DNA of 63,933 nucleotides, filler included, from Octopus bimaculoides (Eukaryota): the NCBI RefSeq assembly GCF_001194135.2. It is 6 parts of 6 records of this genome, joined end to end, with 100 filler letters (N's around TTAATTAATTAA, not from the genome) between each part and the next. Parts side by side here need not be neighbours in the genome. Positions count along the whole stretch, not along the records: positions 44,779 to 59,865 come from NC_068990.1; positions 59,966 to 63,933 come from NC_069000.1; 4 more parts are not named here. One strand, 5' to 3'. Both the position numbers and the translations under genes were made by a program. This document shows positions 50,531-62,900 of the stretch, one piece after another; position 1 is the first letter of the stretch, and every line of letters begins with the position of its first letter. A model generated the notes under the pieces. The model had not been told where the DNA came from. It made no database searches and saw only the letters and a list, made by a program, of their open reading frames with translations.

Positions 50531-51222
50531 GAAGTTGTATACCATAATTACCCATTTATATATACGAAAATCAAGAAGAAATCTTGAGAAACAGAGTTTA
50601 TTTTAACGAGATACCTCTTGAAATCACCTGAGGAGATACATCTATACCGACGGATACACCTAAACCAGATGTGCAGTATCCCACTCACGAGGGACCGATG
50701 CTAGACGGACCGAAACAATTGTAGTCAGCAATAAAGATTCTCGAATCTTCCATCTTCCGTCTCATTTATCAAATAAATGAATGTGTATGTGTGTGCGTGT
50801 GGGTATATATGTGTATATATAGACACACATACATATATATCATATTATATTATACATAAATGGCAATTTCTGTCTATAGATTTGTCTGTTACCATCTTGC
50901 TACCTACACAAGTGAAGCAATCTTGACGAAACTTTTGCATACATGTTAAACTAACATCCAGTTGAATTATAGGCTAACTGAATTTCAATGAAAATCTATA
51001 ACCTAAGGGTTGGGCTATTATTTGATAAAATGAGAAGGGTGCAAGAGTGGTAGTGTGAGGAAAATGTGGTGGCATAGTGAGGGTGAGCGATATAAGGGAA
51101 GGGGAGAACAGAGTCGTGTAAACGATAAATATGGAGTGGCAGTGGGATGATCACGTTAATACAGCAATAATTCAGAGGTACACCAATCTGTCTTTCTCTC
51201 TGTCTCTCTCACCTTCTCTTGG

Positions 51223-51312
51223 TCTGTCTCTCGCTCTCTCTTTCTCTCTGTCTCTCGCTCTCTCTTTCTCTCTGTCTCTCGCTCTCTCTTTCTCTCTGTC
51301 TCTCGCTCTCTC
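51223..51312. repeat. 24-bp tandem repeat (tctgtctctcgctctctctttctc) x~4 within a (CT)n tract
   Basis: Seen directly. Confidence 0.85.
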
Positions 51313-51834
51313 CCTTTCTTTCTCTCTGTTTCTCACTTTCTCTCTTTCTCTCTCTTTCTTTCCCTCTCTCTTTAACACACACATACGCACACTCACAAAT
51401 CTATAGACAGGAATTTGACAACGTTTAAACCGAAATCATCCGGAAATAACGTAAGTATTCCTTTTTTCCATTTATGAGCAGACGATAAAGAAATTATTGT
51501 CTGCTAAATACTTAGAATCAAATCACTTTCGTTTTCACAAACACAATGTTTCAAGTCAACATTGAAGTGGAGTAACTTAAAGACAGATTTCTGAAGTAGA
51601 AATTGCTATCTCTTGGTATTGTAACCAGACATTACAATTCTGCGAACAAAAGTTTTTAAAAACTGCAATTACTTATCGTCCTGCTTAATTTTAAAGTTAA
51701 CTATTTTAACGTTCCAGAGTTGTTGTTTTTTCTAGAAGTAAATACGTCAAACATAGGAGATTGTGATTCCACACAAAAATTAGGGCTATCGTTAGGGGTT
51801 CGGTTTAGGATTTAATATTAGAGTTAGTATTGTA

Positions 51835-52822
51835 TTGGGTTGGCAACTAAGTTCCCGCGGTTTTTTTAAATTTTGAAATTTAAATTTTGGAATTTTGGAA
51901 TCTATTTTTTCGAGAATTCTATTTTTGAATCATTTTGGAATCTTTTTTTTTTTCTATTTAATTTTAGTTCATATTTGTTTATTTTCGGATCATTAAAACG
52001 GAATGTCAAGTTAAGAAAAACGAGCATTTTTGACACCTCCTTCTTTTTGTTCTTAACCAAGGTTCTAAGGCCGCAAAAGCTGCTCGCCACATTTGTGTTG
52101 TGTATGGAGAGGGTGCCATAGCTGAAAGAACCGCTCGTCATTGGTATGCCAAATTCAAAAATGGAAATTTTGATCTCAAAGACGCACCTTCGATGAAGAG
52201 CGATTAAACCAACTTTTGCACGAAAATTCTCGTCAGACGACAAGGGAACTGGCAGAGAAAATGGAATGCTCCCACACTGCTATAGAGAAGCATCTTCACT
52301 CGATGGGAAAGGTTCAGAAGTATGGAGTATGGGTTCCGCATGCTTTAAGTGACAACAACAAAAATCAACGAGCCACAATCTCCGCTGGTTTGCTTGCTCG
52401 TCACCGCTCAACTCATGGACACAAGCAACGATTTCTTTACCGAATCGTTACTGGCGACAAAAAATGGTGCCTGTATATCAATATAAAGCAGCGTAAGGAA
52501 TGGCTTAGCTCCGGTAAACAAGCGACACCGTGTGGGAAACAAGATCTTCGTCCGCGTAAAACGATGTTGTGCGTATGGTGGGACTGGGAAGGGATTATCC
52601 AGTTTCGTTCAATACTGATGCAGTATTGTTGGTTGGATCAATTTTTCGAGTTGAAATCGGGTGATTTCTACCAACGAGGCATTGAAAATCTTGTTGAACG
52701 TTGGGAAGAAGTTGTAAACAACAAAGGTGAATACATTATTGATTAATTAGTTGTTGTTTTTTATTAAACCTTTTAAACAATTTAAATTTTAAAAAACCAC
52801 GGGAACTTAATTGCCAACCTAA
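51835..52822 (+). mobile_element. Internally deleted mariner transposon with TIRs and TA duplication
   Basis: TA|ttgggttggcaactaagttcccgcggttt... and ...aaaccacgggaacttaattgccaacctaa|TA (about 35 bp, 3 mismatches). Confidence 0.95.
51998..52746 (+). pseudogene. Mariner transposase pseudogene
   Basis: ACG in place of ATG; early stop; HTH region; WVPHAL; TGDKKW; MLCVWWD; the catalytic D..D and YSPDL segment is deleted; ends RWEEVVNNKGEYIID. Confidence 0.9.
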
Positions 52823-53195
52823 TAGTTTAGATTTGAGGGATAAAATTAGGATTAGAATCTTGAGATAAATTTTAAGGTAAGAGATAGGGGTTAGCATTTA
52901 ACGTTAGGATTTCGTGTTAGAACTTAGGATTACAATTTTGAGTTAGGGTAAGGATTACGTTTCAGCAGAAATTGAAAAGGGATTCAAAAGATTTGAATTT
53001 GTGTACAGATTTTTACAGAATTGAACTTGCATATGTTTGGAATTTAGATATCAAACAAAAATATATTCTTAACAGAAGAAAAATAAAAATGTATACAAAG
53101 TGTTCTTAGTCAGAAATTTCGTTGAGTGTTTTTCGAAAAGATTTACTATAAGTTGGATAAAGAGCTTCCGTTACTTGTAATTCTCTGAGTCATTA

Positions 53196-53225
53196 ACTCG
53201 GGCAACGCCGAGTAATTCAGCTAGT
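53196..53225 (+). mobile_element. Helitron 3' terminus
   Basis: Hairpin actcgggcaacgccgagt followed 7 nt later by CTAG-T; same motif as at 33511-33540. Confidence 0.65.
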
Positions 53226-54704
53226 ATTATATATTTGAGTTCATATGTGTATGTTTGCGAAACACCAGCATTATTGTTATCCAAGAAAAATTTCTCTCCT
53301 ACAGCTACGGATGTGTGTGTGTGCGTGTGTGTGTGCGTGTGTGTGTGTGTATGTCTGTATACGTGTGTATAAATATATATATGTGTGTGTGCGCCCGTGT
53401 GTATAAATATATATACGTGTACGTGTGTGTATTNNNNNNNNNNNNNNNNNNNNNNNNNNNNNNNNNNNNNNNNNNNNNNNNNNNNNNNNNNNNNNNNNNN
53501 NNNNNNNNNNNNNNNNNNNNNNNNNNNNNNNNNNNNNNNNNNNNNNNNNNNNNNNNNNNNNNNNNNNNNNNNNNNNNNNNNNNNNNNNNNNNNNNNNNNN
53601 NNNNNNNNNNNNNNNNNNNNNNNNNNNNNNNNNNNNNNNNNNNNNNNNNNNNNNNNNNNNNNNNNNNNNNNNNNNNNNNNNNNNNNNNNNNNNNNNNNNN
53701 NNNNNNNNNNNNNNNNNNNNNNNNNNNNNNNNNNNNNNNNNNNNNNNNNNNNNNNNNNNNNNNNNNNNNNNNNNNNNNNNNNNNNNNNNNNNNNNNNNNN
53801 NNNNNNNNNNNNNNNNNNNNNNNNNNNNNNNNNTCTTTCTCTCTTCTCCCTCATTCTCCACTCTCTCTCTCTCTCTTCCTCCCTCATTCACCACTCTCGC
53901 TCTCTTTCACACACACACACTCTCTCTCTCTCTCTCTCTCACCCTCCGTCTCCGTCTCCCTCTCTCTATCTCCCTCTCTCTATCTCCCTCTCTCTCTCTC
54001 TCTCCCTCCGTCTCCCCCTCTCTCTCCATCCCTCTCTCTCTCTCTTATACCAACTAAATCTTGCTGTAAAGCCATTGATTTGCAACTCTGTTTGAAGGTC
54101 GCTTCAAGAAAATTTATTTCATCTGTTTTTCAAATTAACTTCTGTTGTCATTTGCTTTACTGTATGGCCGTCTTCCCAATTCTTCAACCTTCAACAGCTG
54201 GTGGCCTCGTAACCTCGCAGTGACTCTCACAGTTGTTCTGCTGTTAAGGAGAATTTTATAGACCTTAAGAATTAAAAACAAAACAGCAATGGAAGAGGAT
54301 GCAGAGAAAATGGTTTCCCCATATTTCAAGCTGACGAAGCTAGAATTTCTTTGGTTAAGACTCAAAGGAAATATACGAGAATAACATAACTTTCTGGATT
54401 CGTTGCTAGTTCTTTTTTAATTATATTCTGTTTTCTTTTGAGAGTAATGCTCTCCTCGGCCTTTTCTCTTTCTTTTTCTCATGCTTATATTTTTTTATTT
54501 GCTTTCGCCTCTCGCACCTTCACACCCAAGCTCTCGTCTTGCTCTTTCTGTAAAACTCTGCTATCCAAACTATTTGCATATTACCGATCTATTTATTTAT
54601 GCATCGGTATGCAAAATAGTAGCTCCAGTTTTCTGTAGCTTCTGTAATTGTTGATATATAAACAGACTGGTAGCTCGTTTCTCTGAGATTTTTCAAAGTG
54701 ATGT

Positions 54705-54754
54705 AGACGCTTCTGATGAGAATCCAATAAGATTCGAAAATCGATAAAGGGTGT
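54705..54754 (+). ncRNA. Type I minimal hammerhead ribozyme motif
   Basis: agacgctt-CTGATGA(54713-54719)-gaatc-caataa-gattc-GAAA-ATCGAT-A-aagggtgt; perfect 5-bp stem II with G-C closing pair; palindromic stem III; stem I 6/8 paired; one extra A in the GAAA run. Confidence 0.65.
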
Positions 54755-55033
54755 TCATAATTTCTTTCAGACTACAGATAAATATCAAAATTATCCCTGT
54801 TTATATATCTACTATATAGGTTACATATTCATAAATCTACATGTATGTGTGTGTGTGTGTGTGTGCATAACTAACTAACAAGAAAGCGAGTGATAAACGC
54901 CGCATTGGTGGATGAATAATTCTAATAAAATGAATAGTGTTCAAGTGGTACTACGAGTTAAATAATTGCAAAGAATCTGCATAAGATCATTGGCATCATA
55001 TTAACGGTAATAAATCTGCTAAAATGTATATAT

Positions 55034-58000
55034 ATCATCATCATCATCATCGTTTAACGTCCGTTTTCCATGACGGCATGGATTGGACGGTTCGACTTGG
55101 GTCTGGGAAGCCAGGAGGCTGCACCAGGTTCCAGTCTGATCTGGCAGTGGTTCTACAGCTGGATGCCCTTCCTAACGCCAACCATTCCGAGAGTGTAGTG
55201 GGTGCTTTTTACGTGCCACCGGCACAGGGGCCAAAGGGGGCTGGTAACGACCACGATCAGTTGGTGCTTTTTGCGTGCCACCGGCACGGAAGCAAGTCAT
55301 AGCTGCGCTGGCATCGGCTACGTTCGGATGGTGCTTTTTACGTGCCACGACACGGAGATCACAACTACAATTTCCATTTGATTTTGATGTACCTGACCAG
55401 TACTTTTGAGTGGGCTGGTTAGGCGACACTGGTGTAGGTTACAGCTGTGAACTTACTTTATTTGCCAGATCTTCCCAGTCACAGCATATCTCCAGAGGTC
55501 TCGGTCTTTTGTCATTGCCTCTGTGAGGCCCAACGTTCGAAGGTCATGCTTCACAACCTCATTCCATGTCTTCCTGGGTCTCCCTGTACCCCTGATCTCT
55601 TCCAATGTTTGGGAGTGGCACTTCTTCACACAGCTCTCCTCATCCATCCATAGTAAATGACCATACCAACGCAAACGTCTCTCTTGCACGCCACATCCGA
55701 TGCTTCTTATGTCCAATATTTCTTTCAGGGCGCTTACACTCTGTCGTATGTGCACACTAACATTACACATCCAGCGGATCATACTAGTTTCATTTCTTTC
55801 GAGAATGCGCATGTCTTCCGCAGTCACGGCCCATGTTTCACTGCCGTGTAGCATGGCAGTTCGCACACATGCATTGTACAATCTACATTTCACTCTGAGC
55901 GAGAGGCCCTTTGTCACCAATAGGAGTAGAAGCTTTCTGAACTTTGCCCGGACTATTCTTACTCTGGTGGTAACATTCTCTGAGCTTCCACCCCCACTAT
56001 AGACTTGGTCACCTAGGTAGCGGAAGCTATCAACTACTTCTAGTTTCTCCCCCCTGGGGTGTGATTGAATCTGTTTTCTGAACATCTGTGGTGTTTATTG
56101 CCCCTGTGCATCTGCCGCACACGAAAGCTATCTTCCCGGTTAATCTTCCTTTGATGTTGCTGCACCTGTTATGTGTCCANNNNNNNNNNAATCTTCCTTT
56201 GATGTTGCTGCACCTGTTATGTGTCCATAGCTTACACTGGGTACATCTTATGGAGTTTCTACCTACACCTTTTCTACAGATCGAGCTGGGCCACCTACCT
56301 GAAGGGGTGTGTTATGTGTTCACCTTCCTATTAACTAGATCTTTGGCCTTTGCAACATTAACTCTAATACCCTTCGATTCTAAACATTGCTTCCACACCT
56401 GAAATTTCTACTCTAGTTCTGGTAGTGATTCTGCCATGAGGGCCAGGTCATCAGCATAGAGGCGCTCCCAGGGACAACCCGTCTTTAATTCCTCTGGTAT
56501 TGCCTGGAGGACTATGATGAATAAGAGGGGGCTGAGGACTGATCCTTGGTGGACCCCTAATTCTACTCGGAATTTTTCACTATACTCATTATCAACCCTA
56601 ACCTTACTAAAGGCATCTCTGTATAGGATCTGCACAGCCCTTATTAACCATTCGTCAATCCCCAGTTTCCGCATCGCCCACCAGATAACAGATCGGGGGA
56701 CCCTGTCAAAGGCTTTCTCCAAGTCCACAAAAGCCAAGTATAGGGGTTTATCTTTGGCTAGGTATTTCTCCTGCAGTTGCCTTACCAGGAATATAGCATC
56801 AGTGATGCTTCTACCTAGCACAAAACCGAACTGCATCTAATCTAAGCAGATTCTCTCCCTAATTAGTTATTTCTATCTAAAGTTATTTCTATCTAAAGCA
56901 TCACCTTTACCCTTGTAGCAGTTGACTATGGTGCTGCTACGCCAGTCATTGGGTATGACTCCATCATGGGCTACCTGGTTTACAATATGGGTGACTAGGC
57001 CATAGCCCACACCACCAGTTGTTTTAAGCATCTCAGCATTTATTCCTGATGTGCCGGGAGCTTTTCCTGGCTTCATACCCATCATTGCTTTATCTACCAG
57101 GGTGCTGTCTATTTGGATAGCTGGTCCCTCTACTGGTTCAACATTTGGCAGGCTCTCCTCTTCCCATTCATTCTCCACATTCAGCAGTCTTTCATAATGG
57201 CTTCTCCAAGCCTCTTTCTTTTCCGAATCTTTAAAAGCAAGTGCACCATCATCCATGCGGACATATTTCTCTCTTGTGACATCAGAATTTTCTCTCACAC
57301 ACTGTCTTGCAATCCGAAATACTTCAGTCTTTTGGTCCTCACGTCGCTGGACATTGGCAAACTTCTTCTTTTCTGCTTCGCCCTTGACTATGTATACCTG
57401 TCACCCAGCTTCCCTCTTGGCTATCTGGTACAGTTCCCTGCTACCCCTACCATTCCAGGCTTTCCAGGTCTGTTTCTTTGCGCTAATGGCTTTGTGTACA
57501 GTATTATTTCACCACCACGTTACTCTAGGTCTGGAAGGGAATTTGCACCATCCGCAGACTTGGTCTGTGGCACTCAATAAGCTGTTCCGTAGGAATTTCC
57601 AGCTACCTTCTATGTCCGAGGTCTGTAGCTCCTCCTCCCTTTCATCAAATTTCTTGATGAGGATGTCCCTAAATCTCTGACCATGTGACGGGTTCTTTAG
57701 CTTCCAAATTCTTCTTTTCTGGATTGGTCTGCTTCTTGGCATCCTTCTGGCCTCGAGTCTAAAGTCACTAATGACTAGTCTATGCTGGGGTGCACATTTT
57801 TCACCCGGGAAGGTCTTTGTATTTAAGAGCAACCCTGCGTCCTGCTGTCTGGTGAGGATGAAATCAATCTGGCTAGCAGAGTCACCTGATTGGTAGGTTA
57901 TCAGGTGGCTGTCTGGCTTCCTGAAGTTAGTGTTGCAGATTAAAAAGTTACATGCAGAACTCCAGTAGCCTAGTTCCCTCATCGTTTCAGGAACCAATAC

Positions 58001-58475
58001 CATGGCCCCCGTATACACCAGTGAAGATACATGCCCATTAGAATCTCCAGCCGCTAAGATGAGGTCATTGCCACCCATCTTTGAGGTAGCCTGTAGAAGG
58101 GTATCATAGAAATGGTCCTTCTGATCATTTGGTAGGCCCGCTTGTGGGGCTTAGGCAGAGATAACTGTAGCTCTACTGTTCTGCAGGACTAGCCTGAGCT
58201 TATAAGCACTCTATCGTATACCCTGACAACCTCTATGACCTTATCCACCCATTTCTCCGCTAGGAGTATGCCTACACCCCCTTCCTCCATCCATGTTTCC
58301 TTGCCAGAAGATTTTATACTTATGTGCCTTGCTTGTGAGGACCCTAGCTGAAGCTCCTCTCCATCTTACCTCTTGTATGCAGCATACATCGACACGTCTC
58401 CTTTCAAGCATCTCTACAATCTCACTAGACCTACCTTTCAGTATGCCTACATTGACAGTGCCAACTCAGAAAACT
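55034..58475 (-). mobile_element. Near full-length but broken RTE-clade LINE (AP endonuclease + RT + 3' UTR, (GAT)n tail)
   Basis: VGTVNVGILKGRS...DVCCIQEVRWRG; SQIDFIL...QHRLV; AFVDLEKAFDRVPR; GVHQGSVLSPLLF; LYADDL; FRYLGD; LHGSETW; RRLRWYGH; GRPRKTW; split over at least four ORFs by stops and frameshifts. Confidence 0.95.
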
Positions 58476-58981
58476 GGAAAAGGAATGTCGAGTGAGGCTT
58501 GGGGAGGAGAGATGTTATTCAGCGCCTGAAAAGAAGAGGAAGGTTGTCATGTTCGTTTTTTAGGCATGCTTCACCTGTTCTCACTTCCGACACGACATTA
58601 TTCAAATATTCAAGTGTGTTAAGATTAGTGCCCATACTGGAGGTAGTAGTAGGTGTTAGCGGCGTTGTAAGTATTAGCATTATGGTCATCGTAAAAAACG
58701 TAAATTTAAGCTATGTTGCAAATATGGATATTCCATTGTTATATTAAGTAGGAAGTCAGCTAAACTGGTTGCGTTAGTCCAGGGCGAGGATATTGCAGGT
58801 ATGATGGAGGGTACCACCAGCGAGAGAGGTGTTTCAGACAGAGAAAGAGAGGAAACAAGCTCATCGATACATACACACAAGCACGCACACACACACACAC
58901 ACAGGAACAAGCACACACCTACAGCCCATTAGCTGTCTCCTTCACTTGATATGTGCATGGAAAATTATTACTGGGTAGTTG

Positions 58982-59338
58982 TTGACATATTTCTAGACGG
59001 AACGAAACGAAACGAAAGATAGTCGGTTAAGTAGGTGGGCAGCTAACCTAGTTGCATTTGTCCCAGGAGAGAAAGAGAGGGTGCTGGTAATACGAAGAAC
59101 AGCACCAGTGAGGAAGGGGTTTGAGAGAAGAGACATCTGGTAATGGTGGTGACAAATTTCTAGACAGAACGAAACGAAACGAAACGAAAGATAGCCGGTT
59201 AGGTAGGTGGGCAACTGAGCTAGTTGCATTTGTCCCAGGAGAGAGAGAGAGGGAGAGAGAGAGAAAGAGAGCAGGTAATATATCGAGAACATCCCAGTGA
59301 GGAGGAGGGGTTGAGAGAAGAGACATCGGGTAATGATA
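58982..59338. repeat. ~167-bp tandem duplication with (GAAAC)n and (GA)n inserts
   Basis: gacatatttctagacggaacgaaac... at 58982 and gacaaatttctagacagaacgaaac... at 59149. Confidence 0.85.
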
Positions 59339-59818
59339 GTGGGAGGGGAGAGAGATATCCGGTGTAGATGGTGGGAAGATAGTGATAGAGATATCCGGTA
59401 TTGGTGGGGGGCAGGAGAGAGCGGGCGCACCGCGAACAAAGGAAGTTTAATTTGAAGAGATGGTACGAGGAACGAAAGTAGTAGTGGTAATGATAATAAT
59501 ATTCATTCAGAGTGTTCATGGCGGATGAGAAATTAAACCAAAGAAACGAGAAATTAACAAGCCAAGAAACGAGTAACTATCTTAACGAAATTACATGAGA
59601 GATGAAGAAGTTTATATATCGAGGGGTCAATTTAAATGGTTAGCTTCCGAAAACTAGCTGTTAGCAAACAATACATTTAAAGTGTTAATGACGAATGATT
59701 GCATGAAAGATCGAAAAAAAGATCGAGAGAATCTCAACTTAGCAATGCATCATCATCATTTGGCGACTGGGCAAGAATATATAGAAAGAACTGCGTGTGA
59801 ACAGAGCCGAACAGAATG

Positions 59819-59865
<47 letters not shown>

Positions 59866-59965
59866 NNNNNNNNNNNNNNNNNNNNNNNNNNNNNNNNNNN
59901 NNNNNNNNNTTAATTAATTAANNNNNNNNNNNNNNNNNNNNNNNNNNNNNNNNNNNNNNNNNNNN
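59866..59965. other. Artificial scaffolding spacer
   Basis: 44N-TTAATTAATTAA-44N. Confidence 0.95.
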
Positions 59966-62900
59966 TCTACTCGAATCTTTGGTAGCTGTGATAGAACGTC
60001 TAACAGAAAATGGTAGAATCTGTGGAACATTTAGTGACAGCTGTAATGGAACGTGCAAAGAGTGATGTTGTCAAGCTCATGATAGAAGTGGAGGTACATT
60101 TTGTTTGAATTTCAGGCCTATTCTCATTTGTCCAGTATTTGTCCAGAAACTCCAAGTACCTCAATGATGCTTACGATGAAACTTGATGGCTGACGATGAT
60201 TTGAGCGTTTGAGGCAACTATGTATATTGCAGAGACTATGACTCCCCATTGCTGATTTGTGAGACTGAATGAGGTGAGTTTTTGTTTTCTGAGGTTTTCT
60301 TTTGCAGAGAAGGATGACCTCTGTAAGTGACAACTAACTGGAGACAGCTGTATGACAAGATTTGTGACATTGGTGGTGACTCTTTGGTAGAATTTTCTGA
60401 TGGATAATGCTGGTGCCTACTAATACAACATTTATTTACTGGAAACTGGTAGAAAATGCTGTTAGCAATTTTCATGGAATGCAAGTTAAGATTACTACCA
60501 GAACTGATGACTTGGGTAGAAAGAAGTGGTTCACCTTACCTTCATGTTCATGCTTTTTTGTTTGTGATTGGTGAGACAAACTGGACGCATCTTCAATGGA
60601 ACATCTGGAGACTGGTAGCAACTGTGAGGCACCTGTGATGGAACATCTGATGGTGACTGGTGGTGATTGGTAGCAACTGATGGAACATCTGATGGTGACT
60701 GGTGGGAACTGTGACGGAACATCTGATGGTGACTGTTGGCCACTGTGATGGAACATTCGATAGTCTGCTCGAAACTGTAATAGAATCTTCTGATGGAGAC
60801 TGGTGTCAGCCATGGTGTAACATCTGAAGATGGGTACCAACCGTGATGTAACTTCTGGAGACTGATCACTTTCTCTTCTCAAGTATTTTCGTTTGCAAAT
60901 GAGGATGACATCAAGTGTTGACAGGACCAATAACTTAGGAGGAAAGAGGCTCATTTTACTTCATTTTCAGGCTTTTCAAAATCTAATGAATCAGACAAGA
61001 AGCTGGTGGTATCTGTGAAGAAGACTGATGGCTGCTGTGACGGAGCATCTGCAAATTGATGGCAACTGTGATGGAACATCAGATTATAAATGGTAACTAG
61101 AGGAGCATCTAATAGATATCGGCAATTGCAGTGGAAATGGTGAGGAACCGTCTGACGGACACTGGATGCAACTGTGTGGAAAAGGAATGACAGACTGGTG
61201 ACAAATGTGGCAGAACTACTAATGGATTCTGGTGACAAGTCAGAATGCCTAATGAATGCTGCTTAGAAAAGAATCACTGTATAAGCTGAGTGGTGTCTAC
61301 CATGAGACATGATGATCTGGACTTCTGGAACAGCTTCATCTATCAAAGAGACTGACTCATCACTAGTGAGATTGAAAGAAGAGGTTAGTTTTGCTTTTGA
61401 GATTTTTTTGTTTTGCAGATAAGGATCACATCTGCAGACAAACAACTTGTGATAACTATGTGATAGAAGATTCATGATGAATTGGAGGAAGCTAGTGGTG
61501 ACTAGTAGAATATCTAATGAAATCTGTTTGCACTTGTGATGGAATGCAACTAATTGTTACCAAAGTTATTACTGTCCTGACGTGATCATCTACAAATGTC
61601 AACAAGACTGGTAAATTAGGAAGAAAGAAGTGGTTTCTTTTGCTTTGTTTTCAGACATTTTCATATTTAATGAGTTGGACAAGGAACTAGTGGCAACTAT
61701 GGTGGATCATCTGGAGAGTAATGTTGACTGATTGACCATTTGGATACTGGCAAGTCTTATTCAACATCCGGAGACTGATAGCAACTTTAGAACATCTGAT
61801 GNNNNNNNNNNNNNNNNNNNNNNNNNNNNNNNNNNNNNNNNNNNNNNNNNNNNNNNNNNNNNNNNNNNNNNNNNNNNNNNNNNNNNNNNNNNNNNNNNNN
61901 NNNNNNNNNNNNNNNNNNNNNNNNNNNNNNNNNNNNNNNNAACTAATTATTATTATTGTAGCTACTGTGGACATGCATTTGGACATCTGCAAATGTTGGC
62001 TGGCAACTTTGGAGGAAAGAAGTGTTTTGTTTTGCTTTATTTTCAGGCTTTTTGGTATCTAATACATCAAACAAGGAACTTGTGACGACTACATAAATTC
62101 TCATGGAGACTGATATCTGGTGGAGCATCCTATGGATGCTTGTGGCAACTGTGACAGAACATCTACTCGAATCTTTGGTAGCTGTGATAGAACGTCTAAC
62201 AGAAAATGGTAGAATCTGTGGAACATTTAGTGACAGCTGTAATGGAACGTGCAAAGAGTGATGTTGTCAAGCTCATGATAGAAGTGGAGGTACATTTTGT
62301 TTGAATTTCAGGCCTATTCTCATTTGTCCAGTATTTGACGGTTGTCGAATGATGGTAACACAAAAGAAACTCCAAGTACCTCAATGATGCTTATGATGAA
62401 ACTTGATGGCTGATGATGATTTGAACGTTTGAGGCAACTATGTATATTGCAGAGACTATGCCTCCCCATTGCTGATTTGTGAGACTGAATGAGGTGAGTT
62501 TTTGTTTTCTGAGGTTTTCTTTTGCAGAGAAGGATGACCTCTGTAAGTGACAACTAACTGGAGACAGCTGTATGACAGAAGATTTGTGACATTGGTGGTG
62601 ACTCTTTAGTAGAATTTTCTGATGGATAATGCTGGTGCCTACTAATACAACATTTATTTACTGGAAACTGGTAGAAAATGCTGTTAGCAATTTTCATGGA
62701 ATGCAAGTTAAGATTACTACCAGAACTGATGACTTGGGTAGAAAGAAGTGGTTCACCTTACCTTCATGTTCATGCTTTTTTGTTTGTGATTGGTGAGACA
62801 AACTGGACGCATCTTCAATGGAACATCTGGAGACTGGTAGCAACTGTGAGGCACCTGTGATGGAACATCTGATGGTGACTGGTGGCAACTGTGACGGAAC

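Noticed and set aside
50685-50730. ctcacga...GAAACAATTGTA with palindromic stem III
   Set aside because: Two core substitutions and no stem I pairing; at most a very degenerate relic
56142-56227. 38-bp direct repeat around a 10-N gap inside the RTE
   Set aside because: Assembly overlap artefact; the RTE reading is continuous with one copy
60272-61417. GT...polypyrimidine...CAG segments resembling micro-introns (e.g. gtgagt...ttttgcag, 34-35 nt)
   Set aside because: Too short for typical animal introns, equal to the monomer length, and removing them gave no evident continuous + strand frame
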